DNA of 64,000 nt from Candidatus Tayloriibacteriota bacterium (lineage in GTDB: Bacteria; Patescibacteriota; Minisyncoccia; Phycocordibacterales; PALSA-1337). Below, in pieces: positions 19,368 through 30,097 of this stretch. Positions within the stretch are counted from its first letter, which is position 1, and every line of letters begins with the position of its first letter. Both the position numbers and the translations under genes were made by a program. The stretch is from contig JACRJP010000002.1 in NCBI GenBank assembly GCA_016215455.1, positions 87,622 through 151,621 of the forward strand. The letters are read 5' to 3'. The notes beneath the pieces are model-generated. The model was given only the letters and a program-made list of their open reading frames with translations. It was not told the DNA's origin and did no database searches.

Positions 19368-20135
19368 TTATTTTATTTCAAGAAGAATCGGGCAGTGATC
19401 AGAACCTGTAATTGTGTCCATAATATCAGCTTTTTTTACCTTCGACAGAATTTTGGGAGTAACAAAAAAATAATCGATTCGCCAACCAACATTACGTTCA
19501 CGAGCAAACGTTTTCATATCCCAATATGTATACCTACTCGTTGCGCGAGGGTTTAAATGTCGGAAAATATCTGTGTATCCATGACCAATAACTTCATCTA
19601 TCCATGCACGCTCTACAGGGAGAAATCCTGTGTTTTTCTCATTTTCTTTAGGTCGAGCAAGGTCAATTTCAGTATGCGCGGTGTTAACATCACCACAGAA
19701 TATAATTTCGTGACCTTTCTTTCGAAGAGTGTTGATGTATTTCAAAAAAGCATCATAAAACTTAAGCTTAAAATCAAGACGTTCTGGTCCACCACCTCCA
19801 TTGGGGAAATATGTATTAATAAAAACAAAATCTTTGAAGAAAAGGGCGAGGAATCGACCTTCCTGATCCAGAGCCTCTACCCCTAGACTATATTCAACTT
19901 TAAGTGGCTCTTCTTTTGAAAAAACGGCTACACCACTATAACCTTTACGCCCTTTTGAGTGGTCGAAAAAGGCATGGTACCCAGCCGGACTTCGTACACC
20001 ATCCTCGAGTTGATCTGGATGTGCCTTTGTCTCCTGAAGACAGAAAATATCGGCATTTTGTTGTAATAACCAATCAAAACCACCTTTTTTGATATTTGCA
20101 CGAATACCGTTGACGTTCCATGAGATTATTTTCAT
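19368..20135 (-). CDS. exoA: Exodeoxyribonuclease III / AP endonuclease
   Basis: SWNVNG, LQETK, GDVNTAH, GWRIDYF, GSDHCP. Confidence 0.95.
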   Translation of the reverse strand: MKIISWNVNGIRANIKKGGFDWLLQQNADIFCLQETKAHPDQLEDGVRSPAGYHAFFDHSKGRKGYSGVAVFSKEEPLKVEYSLGVEALDQEGRFLALFFKDFVFINTYFPNGGGGPERLDFKLKFYDAFLKYINTLRKKGHEIIFCGDVNTAHTEIDLARPKENEKNTGFLPVERAWIDEVIGHGYTDIFRHLNPRATSRYTYWDMKTFARERNVGWRIDYFFVTPKILSKVKKADIMDTITGSDHCPILLEIK

Positions 20136-20175
20136 GAAAATATCATAGCATATTTAGTCTAAAGTAGATTAAGGC

Positions 20176-21126
20176 CTATTTTCGACCCTTACCATGGAAC
20201 TTTTTATGGATGTTTCGTAATTCACTATCTGTGATATGTGTATAAATTTGGGTTGTTCCAATATTTGCATGACCTAACAGCATTTGAACTGAACGTAGAT
20301 CGGCACCGTTACGCAAAAGATCTGTGGCAAATGAGTGTCGAATAACGTGAGGAGTAACTTTTTTTGATATACCGACCTTTATTGCATAGTACTTCACAAT
20401 ACGTTCTACCGAGCGGGGAGTGAGGCGCATTGTTTCATTTTTACCTTGCGCAAGCTTGGCATTTCCTGTACGAACCTGTACAAACAAAGCATCATCCATA
20501 TCATCACGCTTGTCTAAATAGGCCTTAACCATAGCCTTTGCATCATCAGAAAGAAATACCACACGAACCTTTTCTCCCTTACCACGAACGGAGAATTCGT
20601 CTTGCTTTAGATTAATATCTCGAGGGAGACTACAAAGTTCTGATACACGTAGGCCTGTAGAGAAAAATAGCTCGAGAATGGCTCTATCTCTGAGTCCTTT
20701 GAGAGTTCCTGTGTCCGGAGCAGACATCAATCGTGATAAATCATCAAGAGAAATGAGATCGAGAGACCGTTCAGGGACTTTTGCCAACTCAATACGGTCC
20801 GGAGGGAGTGATTCAACTCCTCGACGAGCTAAATACTTGAGAAACGAGCGTAACGCAATAAGATAATAGTTCTGAGTACGTTTTTTCATTCCAGGAGCAG
20901 ACATACCCTTAGCTGCCTTACCCTCCTGTCGATTCAGCCATAGGCGGTACTCTCTCAAGAGGTTATCAGTGATCTGCTGAGGCTTATCTATCTTGGCAAA
21001 TTCAAAAAAACGAGAGATATAGTGGTCATAATTACCCACAGTACTGAGACTTCGACCCTTCTCAATTTCAACATATTGGAGGAATTCGAGCTTTAGGTCC
21101 TTGAGATTACGGGATGCAGCAGACAT
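20176..21126 (-). CDS. Tyrosine recombinase of XerC/XerD type
   Basis: GLRVSEL, GKGEKVR, HVIRHSFAT, LLGHA, TTQIY catalytic residues; housekeeping context. Confidence 0.88.
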   Translation of the reverse strand: MSAASRNLKDLKLEFLQYVEIEKGRSLSTVGNYDHYISRFFEFAKIDKPQQITDNLLREYRLWLNRQEGKAAKGMSAPGMKKRTQNYYLIALRSFLKYLARRGVESLPPDRIELAKVPERSLDLISLDDLSRLMSAPDTGTLKGLRDRAILELFFSTGLRVSELCSLPRDINLKQDEFSVRGKGEKVRVVFLSDDAKAMVKAYLDKRDDMDDALFVQVRTGNAKLAQGKNETMRLTPRSVERIVKYYAIKVGISKKVTPHVIRHSFATDLLRNGADLRSVQMLLGHANIGTTQIYTHITDSELRNIHKKFHGKGRK

Positions 21127-21184
21127 GTGCATAGTATAGCATGTACTTGCAGTCAGAAGACTTTCATGCTACTATGGTGCCAAC

Positions 21185-21451
21185 ATGTTAACGACACGAC
21201 AGAAACAAAAAATAATCAAAGAAACGGGGATTCACGGTAAAGATACTGGTTCTCCGGAAGTTCAGGTATCTCTTCTTACAAAGCGAATTGACGAACTTGC
21301 TTCACACCTCAAGAAACACAAGCAAGACAACCATTCTCGACGAGGACTTCTTGCGATGGTAGCTGACCGACAGTCACACCTCAATTACCTTAAGAAGAAG
21401 AATCCAAAGCGATACGCTTCTATTACGAAGAAACTCGAAATCAAGAAGTAA
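21185..21451 (+). CDS. rpsO: 30S ribosomal protein S15
   Basis: DTGSPEVQV, HKQDNHSRRGLL. Confidence 0.97.
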   Translation: MLTTRQKQKIIKETGIHGKDTGSPEVQVSLLTKRIDELASHLKKHKQDNHSRRGLLAMVADRQSHLNYLKKKNPKRYASITKKLEIKK

Positions 21452-21522
21452 TCTCTCAAAAACCACCGCTACGGTGGTTTTTGTACTTAATTTACCTTTA
21501 GTTAGTAGTAAAAAATCACACT

Positions 21523-22059
21523 ATGACAGTTATTAAACATTCAGAACAGAGAGTAGGAATCTTCATTGATGCCCAAAATCTCTACCACAGCGCAAAAAAT
21601 ATTTATCATGCACGCGTCAACTTTGGCCAAATCGTCAAAGATGCACTTGCAAACCGTGCCCTTATCCGTGCAGTAGCTTACGTAATCACCACAGAAGCAG
21701 GGGATGAAAAAGCCTTCTTTGAAGCACTTCTTAAAATGGGAATCGAAACAAAGACAAAAGATCTTCAAATTTTCTCAAGTGGTAACAAGAAAGCTGACTG
21801 GGACGTTGGTCTTGCGATCGATGCAGTCAAACTCGCACCGAAACTCGATGCAATTATCCTTGTAACAGGGGATGGGGACTTTATTCCACTCGTACAATAC
21901 CTTCAAATTCATGAGGGGTGCCAAGTAGAAGTAGTCTCATTTGGTAAATCAACATCAAGTAAGCTCATCGAAGCAGCTGATGACTTTTTTGACCTCGATC
22001 ACAACCCTCGAAAATATCTCATGGGAGCACGTCTCGGAGATTTCAAGAAAACAAAATAA
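21523..22059 (+). CDS. NYN-domain (LabA/DUF88, PIN-like) protein
   Basis: IFIDAQN, KADWDVGLAID, TGDGDF, ADDF motifs. Confidence 0.88.
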   Translation: MTVIKHSEQRVGIFIDAQNLYHSAKNIYHARVNFGQIVKDALANRALIRAVAYVITTEAGDEKAFFEALLKMGIETKTKDLQIFSSGNKKADWDVGLAIDAVKLAPKLDAIILVTGDGDFIPLVQYLQIHEGCQVEVVSFGKSTSSKLIEAADDFFDLDHNPRKYLMGARLGDFKKTK

Positions 22060-22112
22060 AATTTTCCACGAAAATAAGTGCTCTCTTTGCGCAATTTTGC
22101 TACACTTAGCAC

Positions 22113-24230
22113 ATGCACAAGAAAGAGTACTCTATCGAAGTAGGAGGGGAGCGACTTATTGCTGAATTTAATGATCTTGCAGATCAAGCTCATGGTTCAG
22201 TACTCGTTCGTTACGGAAATACCATAGTTCTCGGAACAGCAGTTATGTCAAAAGAAATTCGTGAAAATGATTTCTTTCCACTTACCGTTGAATATGAAGA
22301 ACGTTTCTATGCCTCAGGAAAAATACTTGGCAGCCGTTTTGCACGACGTGAAGGCCGACCTTCTGACGAAGCAATTCTTTCAGGTCGCCTCATCGATCGA
22401 ACACTACGCCCTCTTTTTGATCAGTGGATTCGAAATGAAGTTCAGGTTGTTACAACTGTACTTTCTATTGGTGAACACGATCCTGACGTCGTAGCAATTA
22501 TCGCAGCATCTCTTTCTCTCGGTGTATCAAACATTCCTTGGAATGGTCCTGTATCGGCTGTACGTATCACAAAAAATAAAGAATTTGAAATAAATCCAAC
22601 CTACACTCTACGAAAAGAAACTTCTATTGAATTCGACATGGTTGCATGTGGTAAAGATGGTCTCATTAACATGATTGAAGTTGCTGGAAAAGAAACAGAT
22701 GAGAGTTTGGTTGTGAAAGCCTTACAACAAGCCTCAAAAGAAATTGAGAAGATTCAAACATGGCAACAGAAAATTATTTCAGAGATAGGTGTACCTAAGA
22801 AAAATATTCCAAAACCATCTCTTACCCCAGGTACAGCAGAACTTTTTGCACAAGAAATTACACCAAAACTTAATTCATACGTATTCAGTGGACCAGGTCA
22901 CACAAAGATAACAGAAATTAATGATATTTGGTTACATATTTTTAAAGAAAAGATTCCTGGAGGAAATACAGCTCTCGCTCAGGGATTATTTGATGAGTCA
23001 GTTAATACACTCCTTCATACAGAAGCTATAGAAAATTCTCGACGAGCAGATGGTCGTGAACTCGATGAAATACGGCCGCTTTTTGTACAAGCAGGAAAGT
23101 TTTCTCCTGTACTTCACGGTTCTGGAATATTCTACCGAGGAGGGACTCATATCCTCTCTATACTTACACTTGGTGGACCACAGGATTCACAAATTATTGA
23201 TGGAGCAGAGATCACTGATACAAAGAGATTTATGCATCACTATAATTTTCCTCCATTCTCAACAGGTGAGACAGGAAGAATCGGGGGACTCAATCGACGA
23301 ATGGTTGGTCATGGAGCTCTCGCTGAAAAAGCTTTAGTGCCTGTACTTCCAGACACAACGACATTTCCTTATACCATCCGTCTCGTATCTGAAGCTCTTG
23401 CATCAAACGGATCTACTTCAATGGGATCAGTGTGTGCATCAACTCTTTCTCTTATGGATGGGGGAGTGCCTATAAGTGCACCCGTTGCAGGTATAGCATC
23501 AGGACTTATGATGCGTGAAAAGAAGGGGCTCCTTGGTGGCACAAAATATGACTACAAAATACTAACTGACATTCAAGGACCAGAAGATCATCATGGTGAT
23601 ATGGATTTTAAAGTAGCAGGAACTCGAAAAGGAATTACTGCAATACAGATGGATGTAAAGGTTAATGGAATTCCTCTCGCAATTCTTGAAGAAGCATTTA
23701 AGAAAGCTCAACAGGCTCGATATACCATTCTTGATCTTATTGAAAAAGAACTACCAAAACCTCGTAAGGATATTTCTTCACATGCTCCGAAAATACTAGC
23801 ACTACGTATCAAACAAGATCAGATAGGATTAGTTATTGGTGGGGGAGGAAAAACTATTAATGATATTAAAGAAAAAACTGGAGTAGATGATATCGCCATA
23901 GAAGACGACGGAACAGTATACATTACAGGAAAAGATACGACTGCAGAAAAAGCTCGCGATATCATAGAAAGTATGACGCATGAATTTACTGTTGGTGAAA
24001 AATTTGAAGGGGAAGTCACCAAGATACTCGACTTTGGAGCATTCGTCCGCATAAGTCCAACAACCGAAGGACTTGTTCATATCTCAGAAATTGCTCCATT
24101 CAAAATTGACGCGGTAGCTTCACACCTCAAAGAAGGTCAGAAGGTTCCTGTTATCATCAAAGAAATTGATGAGAGGAAGCGTATTAATCTCTCGATCAAA
24201 ATGGCAGACCCTAATTTTATTAAACAATAA
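22113..24230 (+). CDS. pnp: Polyribonucleotide nucleotidyltransferase (PNPase)
   Basis: FFPLTVEY, RLIDRTLRP, FMHHYNFPP, SNGSTSMGS, GDMDFKVAGT; KH and S1 domains. Confidence 0.97.
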   Translation: MHKKEYSIEVGGERLIAEFNDLADQAHGSVLVRYGNTIVLGTAVMSKEIRENDFFPLTVEYEERFYASGKILGSRFARREGRPSDEAILSGRLIDRTLRPLFDQWIRNEVQVVTTVLSIGEHDPDVVAIIAASLSLGVSNIPWNGPVSAVRITKNKEFEINPTYTLRKETSIEFDMVACGKDGLINMIEVAGKETDESLVVKALQQASKEIEKIQTWQQKIISEIGVPKKNIPKPSLTPGTAELFAQEITPKLNSYVFSGPGHTKITEINDIWLHIFKEKIPGGNTALAQGLFDESVNTLLHTEAIENSRRADGRELDEIRPLFVQAGKFSPVLHGSGIFYRGGTHILSILTLGGPQDSQIIDGAEITDTKRFMHHYNFPPFSTGETGRIGGLNRRMVGHGALAEKALVPVLPDTTTFPYTIRLVSEALASNGSTSMGSVCASTLSLMDGGVPISAPVAGIASGLMMREKKGLLGGTKYDYKILTDIQGPEDHHGDMDFKVAGTRKGITAIQMDVKVNGIPLAILEEAFKKAQQARYTILDLIEKELPKPRKDISSHAPKILALRIKQDQIGLVIGGGGKTINDIKEKTGVDDIAIEDDGTVYITGKDTTAEKARDIIESMTHEFTVGEKFEGEVTKILDFGAFVRISPTTEGLVHISEIAPFKIDAVASHLKEGQKVPVIIKEIDERKRINLSIKMADPNFIKQ

Positions 24231-25324
24231 TGAATCCTGAGAATTTTCCACCACTTCCTCAAACAGGTCTTCAAAAAACTGTCAACAAAATGACAGAGGG
24301 TACATCTGTAACTACACCAGCACCTGTAATCCCTCCGAATCCAGCACCAACACCCACTCCCACAACTGAACCAGAAACAACAAATCAATTCAAATACCAA
24401 AAAGCACTTCGAACATACGAAGGGGATGTAGCTGCTGCTTTAGCAGGTAGAAAAGTTTCAGTGGCAACTATTGCTATTGCTGAAAATGTGGAGCGCCAAA
24501 AAATACAAGAACAAACATCAGTCACAACACTGAACGTTGCCACCCCACCAGCAACTCCATCAAAAATTCCTAAAAATCTCCTGTTACTTCTTCTAAGTCT
24601 TCTACTCATCGGTGGCGGTGCATATGGAGCGTATTATCTCTACCAACAAAGCGCCCTTGGAACAATTACACTCCCTGATATTACTCCATCAAAAGTACAG
24701 GGAATTATTCCGAGTTCACGACAAAAAGAAATTATCGCAACATCATTTACCGACACCACTGTACGCGAAAGAATTGCACAGGAACGTTTAACCGCACAAT
24801 TAAAAAATGGAGAAGTTGAAGAGCTTTACATCCTCATGAATCAAAACTCGGTAAAGAGCTTAATCCCTGCTGCCCAGGCTTTTCCTCTTATCGCATCAAA
24901 TGTTCCTGGAGAAGTGATCCGCTCTCTTAGTCCACGACTTATGGTAGGTCTCTTGGGAGAAAATGGAGCAACAACACCTTTTGTTCTCGCAAAATCAAAC
25001 TTCTTCCAAAGTACATTTACCGGGATGTTGTCGTGGGAAGAAAAAATGTTCCGAGATTGGCAACCGTTCTTAATTGATGATACAGCTCGATTCGTTCCAG
25101 TCGCAACGACAACTGCAACAACAACCACTACAACCCTTTCACGTGGACCTCGGTTTGAAGACTTGACGTATCGCAATAAAGATCTTCGTGTACTAAAAAA
25201 TGACTCTGGAAACATCTTCTTCTTATACTCATTTATTGATAAAGAAAACCTTATTATTACGACTAGTTTGAGTGCTTTTGACACACTTCTTAAAAGTTTC
25301 GAAAAACAAAGTTACATACGGTAA
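24230..25324 (+). CDS. Hypothetical single-pass membrane protein
   Basis: Pro/Thr-rich N-terminus, TM segment LLLLLLSLLLIGGGAYGAYY; start overlaps the pnp stop. Confidence 0.7.
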   Translation: MNPENFPPLPQTGLQKTVNKMTEGTSVTTPAPVIPPNPAPTPTPTTEPETTNQFKYQKALRTYEGDVAAALAGRKVSVATIAIAENVERQKIQEQTSVTTLNVATPPATPSKIPKNLLLLLLSLLLIGGGAYGAYYLYQQSALGTITLPDITPSKVQGIIPSSRQKEIIATSFTDTTVRERIAQERLTAQLKNGEVEELYILMNQNSVKSLIPAAQAFPLIASNVPGEVIRSLSPRLMVGLLGENGATTPFVLAKSNFFQSTFTGMLSWEEKMFRDWQPFLIDDTARFVPVATTTATTTTTTLSRGPRFEDLTYRNKDLRVLKNDSGNIFFLYSFIDKENLIITTSLSAFDTLLKSFEKQSYIR

Positions 25325-25358
25325 TTGCATCACTTTTGCTTTGTGGTATGATCGTGAC

Positions 25359-25745
25359 ATGAAAAGCAAAGACATTACTTATTTCAAAGACCGATTAATC
25401 AAAGAGAAAGCCACTCTCGAGGAAGAACTCAAGAGTGTTGGCCGAATTAATCCTGAAAATCCATCTGATTGGGAAGCAACGGTTGATGACAGTGATGTCG
25501 ACAGTGCTGATGAAAATGAAGTTGCTGATAAGATGGAAGAACTTGTTGAACATAAAGCAATTCTCACTCAGCTCGAAAAACAACTTGGTGAGGTACATAA
25601 CGCTCTCGAACGAATTGAACAAGGAAAGTACGGTATATGTGAGGTATCAGGAGAAGAAATCGAACGAGAACGTCTTGAAGCAAATCCTTCAGCGCGAACC
25701 TCAATCAAACATCTACGCGATTTAGAAGGCCTCAAGAAAAACTAA
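25359..25745 (+). CDS. DksA/TraR-family protein with degenerate zinc finger
   Basis: Acidic coiled-coil tip, ALERIEQGKYGICEVSGEEIERERLEANP; start at ATG 25359 after TGGTATGAT. Confidence 0.85.
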   Translation: MKSKDITYFKDRLIKEKATLEEELKSVGRINPENPSDWEATVDDSDVDSADENEVADKMEELVEHKAILTQLEKQLGEVHNALERIEQGKYGICEVSGEEIERERLEANPSARTSIKHLRDLEGLKKN

Positions 25746-25850
25746 AATAAAAATAAAAACAGTTTCATGCTGTTTTTATTTTTTCTTCATAGTTGGTTTT
25801 GTATACTTCCACTATGAATTATGCAAATATAAAAGGGAATACTACTCAAA

Positions 25851-26930
25851 CTAGAAGGTATTTCGAGCTCCTCGAATCTCAAAGTGAACGTGAGGACCAG
25901 TAGTTTTACCCGTCATACCGATTCGTCCAATACTTTGACCTTGTTCCACCTTATCACCCACCTTAACAAGGTTTGTACTCATATGAGCATAGAGAGTCTG
26001 TGTACCATTTGGGTGACTGATAACAACATAGTTACCATAACCATGATTCCAGCCTGCATTAGCTGAACTGATGATAACAGTACCTGCAGCTGAAGCACGA
26101 ATAATGGTACCGATTGGGCTCGCAAGATCCACAGCGTTATATCCATGAAGACCCTGACTTCGAGAACCACCGACAATTGGTCGAATATAATATCCAGGGT
26201 ACAAAGGACCACTTGCTCCGTGAAGAGCTGCTGTAGGGTTTTTGGCAGCGTTTGCTGGTAGTTTTGGCTGAACAATTGTTGGAATTTCAGCGTCGGGCAC
26301 AATAATCACATCTCCTACGGCCAAAACAGAAGATTCTGTGAGGTTGTTATACTCTGCAACTTCATCAAAATCAGCTTTATATTTATTCACAATACCCTTC
26401 AATGTTTCTTTTGACTTAACTACGTGACGAACACCTGAAATAGGGAGGATAACGAGGTTTTGACCTTCTTTAAGAACACTTGATCGAGATAGATCATTTG
26501 CCCAAAGAATAGTATTGACTGAGACATCAAAAATCTTAGCGATTTTCTCAAGAGAATCTCCTTTTCGAACAGTATAGAGACTAATACTTGTTCCCGTAGC
26601 ATCTTCTACGTCAGCTATTGTCCCAGCTGGACCAGACTCTGATATTACAGCAGTACCACCTGATACCATAGAGATTTGAGTTGCCCCAGAATTAGGATTA
26701 GGGTTCGAATTCACCACCACCTGAAGCAACTGCATTGTTTGAGAATTCACTTCTGAAACATCCACAGCAGCAGCAGAAACTTCAGGGGTAACATCATTTA
26801 AAATCGACGAGAAAAAACCCGCACTTACTGGATGCGGGGCAAAAATAACAAAACAACAAAGAAGAAGCTTCGAAGTAAAAAGCTTAAGAGAAACTGAGAA
26901 ATTATTTAGAAACTTTTGAGTTAAATTCAT
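25851..26930 (-). CDS. LysM + M23 metallopeptidase (cell wall hydrolase)
   Basis: Two LysM repeats (YTVRKGDSL.., HVVKSKETL..), HGYNAVDL, YAHM, GPHVHFE; start codon uncertain. Confidence 0.88.
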   Translation of the reverse strand: MNLTQKFLNNFSVSLKLFTSKLLLCCFVIFAPHPVSAGFFSSILNDVTPEVSAAAVDVSEVNSQTMQLLQVVVNSNPNPNSGATQISMVSGGTAVISESGPAGTIADVEDATGTSISLYTVRKGDSLEKIAKIFDVSVNTILWANDLSRSSVLKEGQNLVILPISGVRHVVKSKETLKGIVNKYKADFDEVAEYNNLTESSVLAVGDVIIVPDAEIPTIVQPKLPANAAKNPTAALHGASGPLYPGYYIRPIVGGSRSQGLHGYNAVDLASPIGTIIRASAAGTVIISSANAGWNHGYGNYVVISHPNGTQTLYAHMSTNLVKVGDKVEQGQSIGRIGMTGKTTGPHVHFEIRGARNTF

Positions 26931-27221
26931 GCGATAAACGGCGGGTTCTGTCAAACTTTCTCACACCAATTTAGAGTCGTTTTTAATCGGGATATTTCAG
27001 TAATATATGGCTCTATGAAGCCGTATATTTTGTACTCTGCCGTAGAGGTACTTTCCAAGGATACGTGGGTGTGCATCAAAAGTCAACGGGGGGTGTGGAG
27101 AGATTTTATGGTGTAATATTATGAACATTCTGTCAAATATTGACTTGCTAGAGTAGTAAAAAGTATTTTGAAATATCGTTCTATAAAAAATGTCACGATC
27201 ACATCTGATATACTCAGTGTC

Positions 27222-29174
27222 ATGTCAACAAATTCTCTCAATGAACGTCAAAAAAAAGCGACCGAGACGCTCGATGGACCTCTTCTCATTCTTGCTGGAG
27301 CAGGAGCAGGTAAAACAAAAACCCTCACTCATCGAATTATCAATCTTGTACATCGAGGAGTAGCACCTCATGAGATTTTAGCTATCACCTTCACCAACAA
27401 AGCAGCTAAAGAGATGCGTGACCGAGTTAACCATCTTCTCTCAACCGATACAAGCTTAAATGTACCGATTTCTTTCAATGAACGTCCATTTGTAAGCACT
27501 TTTCACTCTCTAGGAGTACACATCATCAAAGAAAATAGCCGTATCCTCGACATTCCACGACATTTTACAATCTATGATCGTAATGATTCAAAACGAGCAG
27601 TAAAAAATGCTCTCGAGGAACTCAATCTTGATCCGAAACAATACGATCCTAACAAAATTCTCTCTATCATCTCACGTGAAAAGGGAGATGGTGTGTCATC
27701 TGTAGAATATGCAGCCCGTAATCTCGATTTTTTCCCAGAAATCGTAAGTAAGGTGTGGCAAAAATACGAACAACAACTTAAGAAAGACAAATCTCTTGAT
27801 TTTGATGATCTTCTTCTCAAAACAATGCTGCTCTTAAGAAATAATGCTGCTGTACGAGAACATTACGCCCAAACTTGGAAATATGTTCACATTGATGAGT
27901 ACCAAGACACTAATCGAGTACAGTACGAGATATCTCGTCTTCTTGTAGAGAAACATCGCAATATCTGTGTTGTTGGAGATATTGATCAAAATATTTATAG
28001 CTGGCGAGGAGCTGATATTCAAAACATTCTTAATTTCGAAAAGGACTATCCTGAAGCAACCGTTATTCTTCTCGAGGAAAACTACCGCTCAACACAAACG
28101 ATTTTGACGGCAGCTAATAGTGTTATTGAAAAAAATGTCATGCGACGAGACAAAAAACTCTTCACCAACAATGGTGAAGGGGACAAGATCGAACTCATCG
28201 AGACATATGATGAGAATGAAGAGGCTCGAACCGTTGCCGAGAAAGCAAAACTTCTCATAGCAAACGGTGTCTTGCCTGAAGAAATCGCAGTATTGTACCG
28301 AGCAAACTTTCAATCACGTATTCTTGAAGAAGCGTTTTTGAGAAAAAATGTACCATACCAAATACTCGGAACTCGATTCTTCGACCGAAAAGAGATCAAA
28401 GATGTACTCTCATTTATTCGTCTTGCGCTTAATCCCGACAATTCAGGAGACTTAAGCCGAGTTATCAACGTTCCTCCACGTGGAATTGGGAAAGTGACCC
28501 TTCTTAAAATCTTAGAGGGCAAGAAAAATGAACTATCAGGGTCTATGCAAGAGAAAGTTGGACAGTTTTTCAGAATCCTTGAAAGAATTCGCGAAGTGGC
28601 AAGTACAGAAAAACCCTCAGAACTCATTAAATTTACCATTCGAGAGACAGGAATTGAGTCTTCACTCAAAATGGGCGACCCCGAAGATCAAGAACGTCTT
28701 GAAAACCTTCGTGAAATGGTGACACTGGCCACAAAATACGATGAAACGCCAGGAGAAGAGGGTATAGAGAAACTTTTAAGTGACGCCGCTCTTGCAACAG
28801 ACCAGGATGAACTCCAAAAACCTCAAAGTGCCGTGAAACTGATGACTGTCCATGCCTCAAAAGGTCTTGAATTTGACTATGTCTTCATAGCAGGACTTGA
28901 AGAAGATCTTTTTCCTCATGCACGGCTCAACGAAGAGCATGTATCAGCAAGTGGCCAAGAAGAAGAGAGACGTCTCTTCTATGTAGCACTCACTCGTGCT
29001 CGAAAAAAGGTTTTTCTGTCATTCGCTGCTATTCGTACGATATTTGGAGCCCAAAAGGTAAACATTCCATCACAATTCATTGCAGATATTGATGTGGCTC
29101 TCATTGAACGAAATTCTCCCGATCAAAATGGGGAACAGGCTCGTGGAATAAAGGCTATTTTCATTGATTTCTAA
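27222..29174 (+). CDS. pcrA: UvrD/PcrA DNA helicase
   Basis: AGAGAGKT, TFTNKAA, DEYQD, NYRST, TVHASKGLEF, EERRLFYVALTRA. Confidence 0.94.
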   Translation: MSTNSLNERQKKATETLDGPLLILAGAGAGKTKTLTHRIINLVHRGVAPHEILAITFTNKAAKEMRDRVNHLLSTDTSLNVPISFNERPFVSTFHSLGVHIIKENSRILDIPRHFTIYDRNDSKRAVKNALEELNLDPKQYDPNKILSIISREKGDGVSSVEYAARNLDFFPEIVSKVWQKYEQQLKKDKSLDFDDLLLKTMLLLRNNAAVREHYAQTWKYVHIDEYQDTNRVQYEISRLLVEKHRNICVVGDIDQNIYSWRGADIQNILNFEKDYPEATVILLEENYRSTQTILTAANSVIEKNVMRRDKKLFTNNGEGDKIELIETYDENEEARTVAEKAKLLIANGVLPEEIAVLYRANFQSRILEEAFLRKNVPYQILGTRFFDRKEIKDVLSFIRLALNPDNSGDLSRVINVPPRGIGKVTLLKILEGKKNELSGSMQEKVGQFFRILERIREVASTEKPSELIKFTIRETGIESSLKMGDPEDQERLENLREMVTLATKYDETPGEEGIEKLLSDAALATDQDELQKPQSAVKLMTVHASKGLEFDYVFIAGLEEDLFPHARLNEEHVSASGQEEERRLFYVALTRARKKVFLSFAAIRTIFGAQKVNIPSQFIADIDVALIERNSPDQNGEQARGIKAIFIDF

Positions 29175-29215
29175 GGATTTTTAGCCTTTTGGGCAATTCC
29201 TGCTAGAATACCCTT

Positions 29216-30034
29216 ATGAAACCAATATTTGCCAAGAAATCACTCGGTCAAAACTTCCTCCATGCCCCAAATGTAGTGAGAAATATCGTTATTACAGGCC
29301 ATATATCGCCAAAAGAGAGTGTTTTAGAGATAGGTCCAGGAAAAGGAGTCCTTACAGAAGCCCTTCTTGAAGCTGGTGCAACGGTTACCGCAGTAGAGAA
29401 AGATGACAACCTTATCCCTTTTTTAAATGAAAAGTTCAAAGAATTCGTAAAAACGGCTCAACTGAAGCTTTTTCATGCAGATATCCTTGAAATTTCACCT
29501 ACAACCATTGGAATTGAGCATCCCTATAAGCTTATCGCCAATATTCCGTACTACATAACAGGAGAAATCATAAGAAAATTCCTTGAAACTTCTACCCCAC
29601 CAGAATGTATGGTGCTCATGGTCCAAAAAGAAGTAGCTGAACGAATTGTGTCACGAGATGGCAAAGAAAGTATCCTCTCTATCAGTGTTAAAGCGTACGG
29701 AAAACCAAAATACGTTGAAACGGTGAAAGCGCGCTGTTTTAGACCAATTCCTAATGTAGATTCAGCTATTTTATTGATCGACAGCATATCAAAGGAGTTT
29801 TTCAATCAGCACAAAGTGTCAGAAGAACACTTTTTCAATGTAGTTCGTGCTGGTTTTGCTCACAAAAGAAAGTTTTTAATTAATAATTTGGAAATACTTG
29901 CTCCGAAACCAATTTTGATATCAATTTTTAATGAAATAGCTATTTCTCCAACGGTTCGAGCTGAATCAATCAACACAGAAACTTGGGGAAGAATTGCACA
30001 AAAAATTTCTTCTTCTTTTCCACAGAAAAACTAG
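29216..30034 (+). CDS. rsmA: 16S rRNA dimethyladenosine transferase
   Basis: KKSLGQNFL, EIGPGKG, ANIPYYIT. Confidence 0.95.
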   Translation: MKPIFAKKSLGQNFLHAPNVVRNIVITGHISPKESVLEIGPGKGVLTEALLEAGATVTAVEKDDNLIPFLNEKFKEFVKTAQLKLFHADILEISPTTIGIEHPYKLIANIPYYITGEIIRKFLETSTPPECMVLMVQKEVAERIVSRDGKESILSISVKAYGKPKYVETVKARCFRPIPNVDSAILLIDSISKEFFNQHKVSEEHFFNVVRAGFAHKRKFLINNLEILAPKPILISIFNEIAISPTVRAESINTETWGRIAQKISSSFPQKN

Positions 30035-30097
30035 GAAAATCAATCATCTTTTCTGAAATCTTTGCTATAATTATGGGTAGTTTGGAATCCAACTACC

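Noticed and set aside
20176-21126. Tyrosine recombinase as a prophage/ICE integrase
   Set aside because: Xer-like size and motifs, core-gene neighbours, no att sites or cargo.
26931-27060. c-di-AMP (ydaO) riboswitch upstream of LysM-M23
   Set aside because: The conserved GCUGAAUCC and GGGG..GAAUC blocks are not found.
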